Below are positions 52,293 through 59,879 of a stretch of DNA of 59,879 nucleotides, in pieces. Both the position numbers and the translations under genes were made by a program. Origin of the DNA: Octopus bimaculoides (lineage: Eukaryota). Below the pieces are notes generated by a model. It did not search any database and was not told the DNA's origin. It saw nothing but the letters and a program-made list of their open reading frames with translations. The DNA lies in the NCBI RefSeq assembly GCF_001194135.2, contig NC_069001.1, forward strand, positions 18,824,621 through 18,884,499. Reading direction: 5' to 3'. Each line of letters opens with the position of its first letter. Within the stretch, counting starts at the first letter, position 1.

Positions 52293-52322
52293 TTTCCAAT
52301 GCAGAGCCATGCTCAAAACATC
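52293..52322 (+). ncRNA. Strongly decayed hammerhead-like motif
   Basis: ttt CCAATGC a gagc cat gctc AAAA ca TC. Confidence 0.25.
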
Positions 52323-52426
52323 GCTCCTATTTTTCCATCTAAAACTTTCACTGAGTGTCAATCTAATATACTCACTCTGTGTGTATAATTGACTTCATTT
52401 TTTTTTTTTAATTTTTGATTTGCCTG

Positions 52427-52462
<36 letters not shown>

Positions 52463-52810
52463 GTTTTTGAGAGAGAGACAGTGGGTAGATATACAATCAG
52501 AGACTATATAAGCAATTGGAAGTAATTATAGAATGACATCAAGAGACATTTGAAGTTTATTCGGTTGATATTGGTAGGGGTGGGGTTGCAGGTAAGTAGA
52601 TGGGTAAGCACAGAAAGCCTGAGGTAACTATGTGGGTAGTTAGAGAGACTACCCACATAGTTGAATATAGAGACAGGTAATTATATTGAAGTTGTTTGGT
52701 GGGTCATGTAGAAAGAGGTGGTTAACTGGGTAGACGTAAAGAGAAACATAATTTTCATCATGTTATCCAATAGTTTATCCTCCCACTCCCACCTTCTCCC
52801 CTTATTCTTA

Positions 52811-53189
52811 NNNNNNNNNNNNNNNNNNNNNNNNNNNNNNNNNNNNNNNNNNNNNNNNNNNNNNNNNNNNNNNNNNNNNNNNNNNNNNNNNNNNNNNNNN
52901 NNNNNNNNNNNNNNNNNNNNNNNNNNNNNNNNNNNNNNNNNNNNNNNNNNNNNNNNNNNNNNNNNNNNNNNNNNNNNNNNNNNNNNNNNNNNNNNNNNNN
53001 NNNNNNNNNNNNNNNNNNNNNNNNNNNNNNNNNNNNNNNNNNNNNNNNNNNNNNNNNNNNNNNNNNNNNNNNNNNNNNNNNNNNNNNNNNNNNNNNNNNN
53101 NNNNNNNNNNNNNNNNNNNNNNNNNNNNNNNNNNNNNNNNNNNNNNNNNNNNNNNNNNNNNNNNNNNNNNNNNNNNNNNNNNNNNNNNN
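52811..53189. other. Assembly gap
   Basis: N run. Confidence 1.
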
Positions 53190-55011
53190 GTGGGTGAATA
53201 GAGGAGGGCAGGGCAGTGGTGGTGGTGGTGGTGGTGATGGCTGTGGATAATGATGATGTTGGGACTGATGGTAATGATGATGCCACTGTTGTTGATGTCA
53301 TTTCGCCTCAGGTCAAATCTAATCGATCAAATTTATGATTAAAGATATTCCAGCCATGAGCATTCCATCTGTGTGTCAGGTATGAGTGTATCTACGATTA
53401 AATGTTCATGGCTACATTTGCCTGTTTTTCTCTTCAAGATGGTGTGGTCTGAATTGAAGAAGATTTGGTAAATATTTTTAGCAGGTCAACTAACCACAAT
53501 GAAGGTTTTTGCTTTAACTCAAAAGCCATGTTATTATTGTTGTTATTGTTTAGCCCCAGGTTATCACAGCTTGAGTACAGTTATGATCAAAAGCATTCTA
53601 CTCATGATCATCATATTAGGAACTTCACTATCCAGTGTGTCTTTCCAGTCTTTTAAGACCGTTGGATATGATTTGAGGGAGATTTAGCTGCTATTTCTAG
53701 CAGGTCACATGACCACATAGAAGCACTAAAGCTACATTGTGAAGGTGATGATGGCGGTGGTGTTGTAGTATGGTGGTAGAGGTGCTGTGTTAGCATTCTG
53801 ATGTGTGCTTAGGAGAGTGCAATGTGGGTTGTGTATATATTTTTGTGTGTGATATTTGTGCCTGGTGTCAATTATATGGCTGAGAGTGCTTGAAAATATA
53901 ACATTGTGTGTGCCATAGTTATACACACAAACACTTCATCCAAAAAATGACAAGGTAAGAGCATGGGGGAAGAGGGTAGAAGAGAAAGAGGCGTGTGTGT
54001 GTGTGCTTTGTGTTTGTGTATGTATGTGTGCACATGTTTATGTGTGTGCATGCTTATGTATGTACCTCTGCTTCCTTGTCTGTGCGTGTTAGTGTGTATA
54101 TGCATATAAGTTTTAGTATGAACATGCACCTGTTGTGTATGCATGTGTCTGTGTGTGCATGTATATATATGGTCATGTGTTTCTGTCTCCTTATGTGTGT
54201 GTGTGTGTGTGTGTGTGTTTGTATTACTTATGTACCTACCTAACTACATACCTATTGGATAGTGGCCTGGCAAAAAAAGACTGATAGAATGCGTACTAAG
54301 CTTAAAAAATAAGTCCTGGTGTTGATTTGTTCAACTAAAATCCTTCGAGGTGGTGCTCCAGAATGGCTGAAACAAATAAAATAAAAAGTATATGTGTGTT
54401 TGTGTGTATGTATATATATGTATGTATGTATGTATATACATATATATGTGTATATATGTATATATATATATGTGTGTATATATATGTATATATATATGTG
54501 TGTATATATATGTATATATTCAGAAACCTGGCAAAGTAGAAAGCCTCTGGCTTTTTCAATATTATTACAGAAATGTTCTATTCCTTCTAACCAGTTTGAA
54601 GATAATGCTTTTTAAACAGTCCTTATCATATTCCTGCTATGCTATTTCATCACTGTTAGTATTAATGATGCACAACCTTTTTACTGCATTAGTCAGCATT
54701 TATTCTACAGTCTATAATGTTACACAGTTAAAAAATATATAGTAATGTCAAGTTAATTTATATCTTGCTACATACATCCTTCAGCAAATGTTTTGAATTA
54801 ACATTCACAACTGCAACATATTCCTTTCTATACACTTTGTTCAGCCTTCATTTCAAAATTGTGAAATAAATCATCTTTGTATGTAAAATTGAATTATGCC
54901 TTCTGAATTTTCTTGGACTTTCACTTTCTTCACCATGACATTCATTCCATCATGAATTTTATAACATTTAGTACATGTTCCAAATAAATGTTGACTTCAG
55001 TTCTATATAAG

Positions 55012-55237
55012 AGATGAGGAATTATGTACATTATTTACATTTGACGGATATTTCTCCTCATCTTGTTTGTTAACACGTTTTGGTTGATATGCCCTCCAGC
55101 CTTCATCAGGTGTCTTAGGGAAATTTTGAACCTAGATTCTCATTCCTAAAGTATTTTTCAATATTATTATTATTATTGTTCAGGTCACTGCTTGAAATCG
55201 AACTCGGAATTCTGGGGTTCTTAACCTCTATGCCATA
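55012..55237 (-). mobile_element. Solo tRNA-head/(TAA)n/hammerhead module (SINE-like)
   Basis: Colinear with 22227-22418. B-box GAGTTCGATTTC; HHR-like acacCTGATGAaggctg..caaccAAAAcg at 55113-55071. Confidence 0.8.
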
Positions 55238-55609
55238 ATGTAAAAAATGTTTACTTTCTGTACTTTCCTACATTGGTGACGCATACTAACTTTTGCTAAA
55301 TTGGTGACTTTCCTTTTTTTTTTAAAGTATAACTATGCTACAGACAGCATGTATTGCGCCTATATTGACTACATTTCCTTTCGCTTGAACTTCATGTGTG
55401 TATGTTTTGCTGTTTTTAATATAATCAATTCTTTGAGTGTGTGTGTTTTGGTGTTCGTTATATCTATAGTAAACTATAGTAAAGAACATTTTACGCTGTT
55501 TTAATAAGCTCACGTCTAATGAAGTAGCCATCCTTAGGGTTGGTGATCCCCATGAAAATCATTTATATGTTATTATATATACCCAAAGTCCGAAAGGAAT
55601 TACCCAAAC

Positions 55610-56352
55610 GAATATTTTTCTCCCTTGTGTTTTATCCTTGACCAGCCTAACTTTAGCCCCCTCTCTCTGTCTCACTCTCTGTCTCTCTATTTGTTTCAAT
55701 AATCACTTGCTTTGCCAACACATGCCCCTTCTCCACCACCCTACCCTATATAAATAAGCACATGCAATCGGATTCCCCTATTACATTTTAATAGCTCTGC
55801 TGAAAGAACACAAATCCAGAAGATGCTCAGATAAGAAATTTTGTTTTTTTCAACTTCATACATCTAGTCCTCTATTTCTGCACAGATCATAAACCCCTTA
55901 TTTAGTTCTTTTCATTATTCTATCTATTTCATTTCCATTTAAACATAGTTTCGTCTTCCTCGTTGTTGTCTTAAAACAAACATAAGTCCCTTCACGCACA
56001 TTTACTATTCGTCACTTATTCATTTATTCAAGTTTATCACATCGTTACTTATTTCTCTAATTTTGTCACAGATTGGCTGACCGAAAATTCTAAGATTTTT
56101 CAATTCTATTCCACTACTATCAGCATTTGCTGTTTCATTAAATTATGTTACCCGAAATCCCAAAAGAATATTTTTCTTCCTCATGTTCTATCCTTGACCA
56201 GCCTATCTCTGGCCCCCCTCTCTCTGTTTCGATAACCACTTGCTTCACCAACACTTCCCCCTCCTCCACCACCCCACCCTATATAAACTAGCACACGCAC
56301 TCGGATTCTCCTACTGCATTTTAATAACTCTGCTTGAACCCAGAAGATACTC
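55610..56352 (+). repeat. Pair of about 200-bp direct repeats (55610-55828 and 56166-56352)
   Basis: Shared tatccttgaccagccta..ccctatataaa..cggatt..ccagaagat.ctc. Confidence 0.8.
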
Positions 56353-56559
56353 TTGTCTAATTTTGCTATTTCGCAGTACGTCCGACCTCCCCCCCCCCAC
56401 CTGTACTGGAAGTCACTATCCTCTGTCATCTTTTGGTTGTCTCCCATGAACACTTCTACAGGCTTAACAGCATCCCCACCCCTACTTAGGGTTTATCTCC
56501 TATGTAAGGTAGTGATCATATAGTGCATGGTTTAGTGTATGCAGGTTGAAGGCTATTGT

Positions 56560-58735
56560 TTGTTTATGAATTCTGCCAAATGCATGCTTTCTTTTCAAGT
56601 ACATGTCACTGCTGTCCCCCATCCCAGGGTCTCACAGGCCCACACCTCCCACACCCTCAGGGTTTACACACTCAATGTGGGCACACTGAAAGGTAGTTCT
56701 GGTGAGATTGTTGAGATGCTTGATTGGCAACATGTAGATTTGTGCTGCAAAGGTAGAGAGGAGGTTCTGCTAGGTTATTCACAGGCAAAGAACACAGGTA
56801 CAAGATTTTCTGGGCAGGGAACACTGACGGGGTCAGAGGCGTGGTTATACTTCTTGCGGAAAAATGGATTGATAAGGTAATTGAGGTAGTCAGAGTATGT
56901 GATAGAATACTTAAGCTTAGATTAGTGCTGCAACATGGATTAGCAACCATTTTCTCGGCCTATGCCCCTCAGCCGGGGCTACCTGATGGAGAGACAGACC
57001 AATTTTATGACACCCTCTTGCAGACTACCTCATTGACGAACGACAGGGACCTTCTGTTTGTGGCTGGTGACTTCAATGTACATGTTCGACAACATGCAGG
57101 GGGCTTCCACAGTGTACATGGAGGCTATGGTTTTGGTTCCCACAATGAGGAGGGAGCCAGGCTGCTGGAGTTCTGCGATGCAAATGATCTTTTGGTTTGC
57201 AATACTAACTTCAGGAAACCTGCCAGTCACCTAGTCACCTACCGATCTGGTAGATACCCTAGCCAAATTGACTACATCCTCGCCAGAAAAAGGGAAAGAT
57301 GGCTGCTTATAAATGCCAAACCTTCCCAAGCGAAGAATGTACCCCACAACATAGACTAGTAGTTAGCAATTTCAGGATCAGGGCTAAATGGATGCCCAGA
57401 AGACGACCAGCATGGAGGTGAAATGTCTGGAAGCTTCAGGATCCTGCGATTGGACAGAGATTTAGAGACGTATTACTTGAAGCTTTTGATGAAATAGAGG
57501 GAGATATAGCATCACATGATGTGGAAGGCAACTGGAGGTTTCTGCGGGACAACCTGCTGAGGGCCACTGACCAGATCTGTGGATGGTGCAAAGTCCCCTC
57601 TCGACCCAAAGTAACGTGGTGTTGGAACAATGTTGTTGACAGGGCTATTAGAGAAAAGAAACAGGCTTGGAAGGACTGGAAGAACGGTGGTAGCAGGGAA
57701 TTGTAACTGACTGTTTGAAGGGAAGCTACGCGACAGGCTTATTTAGCCAGAGGGGAAGCAGATAAGAAAAAAATTGCCAATGTTCTGCGCTGTGTGGACC
57801 AAAGACTTGAAGTATCTGGTGTTGCAAGACAGTGTGTGAGAGAGAATCATGATGTCATAGGAGAGAAATGTGTCTGCATGGATGATGGTTCACTTGCATT
57901 AAACGAGGCTGCAAAGAGAGAGGTTTGGAGAAGCCACTATGAAAGGTTACAAAATAAAGAGAATGAATGGGAGAAAGAGAGTCTGCCAAATGCCAACCCA
58001 ACTGAGGGACCAGCTATCTGAATTGACAGTACCTTGGTAGATAAGGGAATTAAAGGTATGAAGACAGGGAGAGCCCCCGGCCCATCAGAAATATTTGGCA
58101 GTGTCGACTATAGCCTAGTGATCAGTATAGTTAACCAGGAGTCATACCCAATGACAGGTGTAGCAGCACCATAGTCAACTGCTATAAAGGTAAAGGTGAT
58201 GCATTAGATACAAATAATTTCAGAGGTATCAAGCTGTTGGATCAGGTAAAGAAAGTCATGGAGAGGGTTGTAGCCTAACTAATTAGGGAGAGGGTCAGTT
58301 TAGATGATATGCAGTTTGGGTTTGTGCCAGGGAAAAGCACCACTGATGCTATATTTCTGGTTAGACAGCGGCAAGAGAAATACCTCACCAAAGATAAACC
58401 TCTGTACATGGCTTTCATTGACATGGAGAGAGCCTTTGACAGGGTCCTCCGATCCCTTATCTGGTGGTCAATGACTAGTGACTGAGACCTTTGGAGATAT
58501 GCTGTGCTTAAGAAGACCCGACAAGCCAAGTGAGACTATAGCCAGTGGCCTATGCTAGTGGGTGTAACCAGCCCACTTATGAATAACCCTCATTCATTGG
58601 AAAATAAACTTTGCTTGCAAAGAGCTATTGAGGCAAGTGAAATCAAATCAAAATCGCTGATGTGGCCAATGTCAGTTCCGCCTGATTGGCACTTGTGCCA
58701 GCGGAATGTTAAAAGCACATCCGAGCATGATCGTA
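56560..58735 (+). mobile_element. RTE-clade LINE with AP endonuclease, internally deleted for the RT core
   Basis: TLNVGTL, SAYAPQ, VAGDFNVHV, SQIDYIL, NNFRGIKLL, QFGFVPGKSTTDAIF, AFIDMERAFDR. Jumps to the ORF 3' end at 58474; 3' UTR matches 24290-24500. Confidence 0.93.
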
Positions 58736-58814
58736 TATATATTTCTTTTTTTTTTGGGGGCTGTGGCCATACTGGGGCACTACCGTTTTGCTACACTGTT
58801 CTTACTGAGTGCCT

Positions 58815-59495
58815 CCTCTAATATGTGGCACTTGGTGAAGAATGGAGTTTGATGTCACTACCCTCATTTGCATCTCTTCCCATGAGGTAGGTTCATCTGG
58901 GACTCTCGACAGGAAGAGGTCCAGTTTTGATTTAAAAACCTCTACATCCACTTTGTGTAGGTTCCTCAGGCTCTTTGGGAGAATATTAAAAAGCTGTGGG
59001 CCCCTGTAACCGAGGCTGTTTCAGTAACTGGTTCTGAAGTGTGGTGGCATTGCTGGGATCTTTGGCACTATGCATTGTCAACCCGTTCTGGCATTGGTGT
59101 AGCTTTCAATGCAAAAATTTGGCACTATTCCTTCCAGGATCTTCCAGATGTATATTACTGCATACCACTACTGCCTTCGCTCCAGGCAGTAGAGTTTTAG
59201 CTGTTTCAGCCTTTCCCAGTAGCTGAGCTGTTGCAAAGAGATGACCTTCTTTGTGAAGCTTCACTGGATTGCTTCAAAGTCCACTATTAATTTTACACTG
59301 AGAGAGACAGGTCTATAATTCTTAGCATCTGCTCTACTTAGGGATGAAGCATATAATGCCTTCCTTTAACTTTTTGGGAAGTCTCCCTGTTTTGAGGAAG
59401 CTCTGGAAGAGAATCTGAAGCGGTCTAGCTAGAGCCCTTTGTATTTCTTTAGGAGGATTGCTGGGAATCCATCAGGGCCTGTTGTTGAACTTGAG
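58815..59495 (-). mobile_element. CR1/L2-group LINE fragment, internally deleted
   Basis: PDGFPAILLKK..AKNYRPVSL joined to EAIQ.SFTKK..SYWERLKQLKL..YIWKILEG..GPQLFNILPKSLRNL. Confidence 0.8.
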
Positions 59496-59526
59496 CATAT
59501 ATGATGTATGTATATATATATGTATA

Positions 59527-59879
59527 TATATATCATCATGTCCTCAGCCCCCTCCTATTTATCATAGTCCTCCAGGCGATCACAGAGGAATTCAAGACAG
59601 GTTGCTCCTGGGAGCTCCTCTATGCTGATGACCTTGCACTAACTGTGCAGTCACTATCAGAACTAGAGGAGAAGTTTAAGGTGTGGAAGCAAGGACTAGA
59701 ATCGAAGGGCCTTAGAGTCAACCTAGCAAAAACCAAAAATCCTAATAAGTAGGAAGGTAGATAAAACACAAACCCCTTCAGGTAGTTGGCCCTGCTCAGT
59801 ATGTAGAAAAGAGTAGGTAGTAACTCTATAAGATGTACCCGGTGCAAGCTATGGACACATAAGAGGTGCAGCAATATCA
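59527..59879 (+). mobile_element. 5'-truncated RTE RT fragment (runs off the window)
   Basis: VLSPLLF..WELLYADDLAL..GLRVNLAKTK..WPCSVC..CTRCKLWTHKRC. Confidence 0.92.

Overview
AT-rich animal genomic DNA, scaffold-level, with 7 N-gaps. It is dominated by dinucleotide microsatellites and decayed transposable elements. The SINE and RTE families look like those I recall from octopod cephalopods (Octopus); this is inference, not a database result. I could not identify any intact host protein-coding gene, so the window reads as a large intron or intergenic tract. Almost all listed ORFs are microsatellite or N artefacts, or TE pseudogenes. Supported content: several Tc1/mariner relics (Tc1 DD34E-type, mariner DD34D-type, maT DD37D), four RTE-clade LINE copies, one CR1/L2-group LINE fragment, at least three Penelope-like element (PLE) relics, five non-autonomous Helitron copies (four with termini that can be placed, one truncated fragment), many tRNA-derived SINEs, a piggyBac-like MITE and a 228-bp foldback. 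The most interesting signals are these. (1) A ~230-bp module of tRNA-like Pol III head, (TAA)n and minimal hammerhead-ribozyme (HHR)-like motif occurs both fused to the 3' end of a GIY-YIG PLE and as a solo SINE-like copy. (2) Four further HHR-like relics with different stems are present. (3) The RTE reverse transcriptase carries a PHD-like C4HC3 finger inside it. (4) A head-to-tail Helitron pair is present. (5) Three RFX X-box matches occur. All alignments and translations were done by eye.
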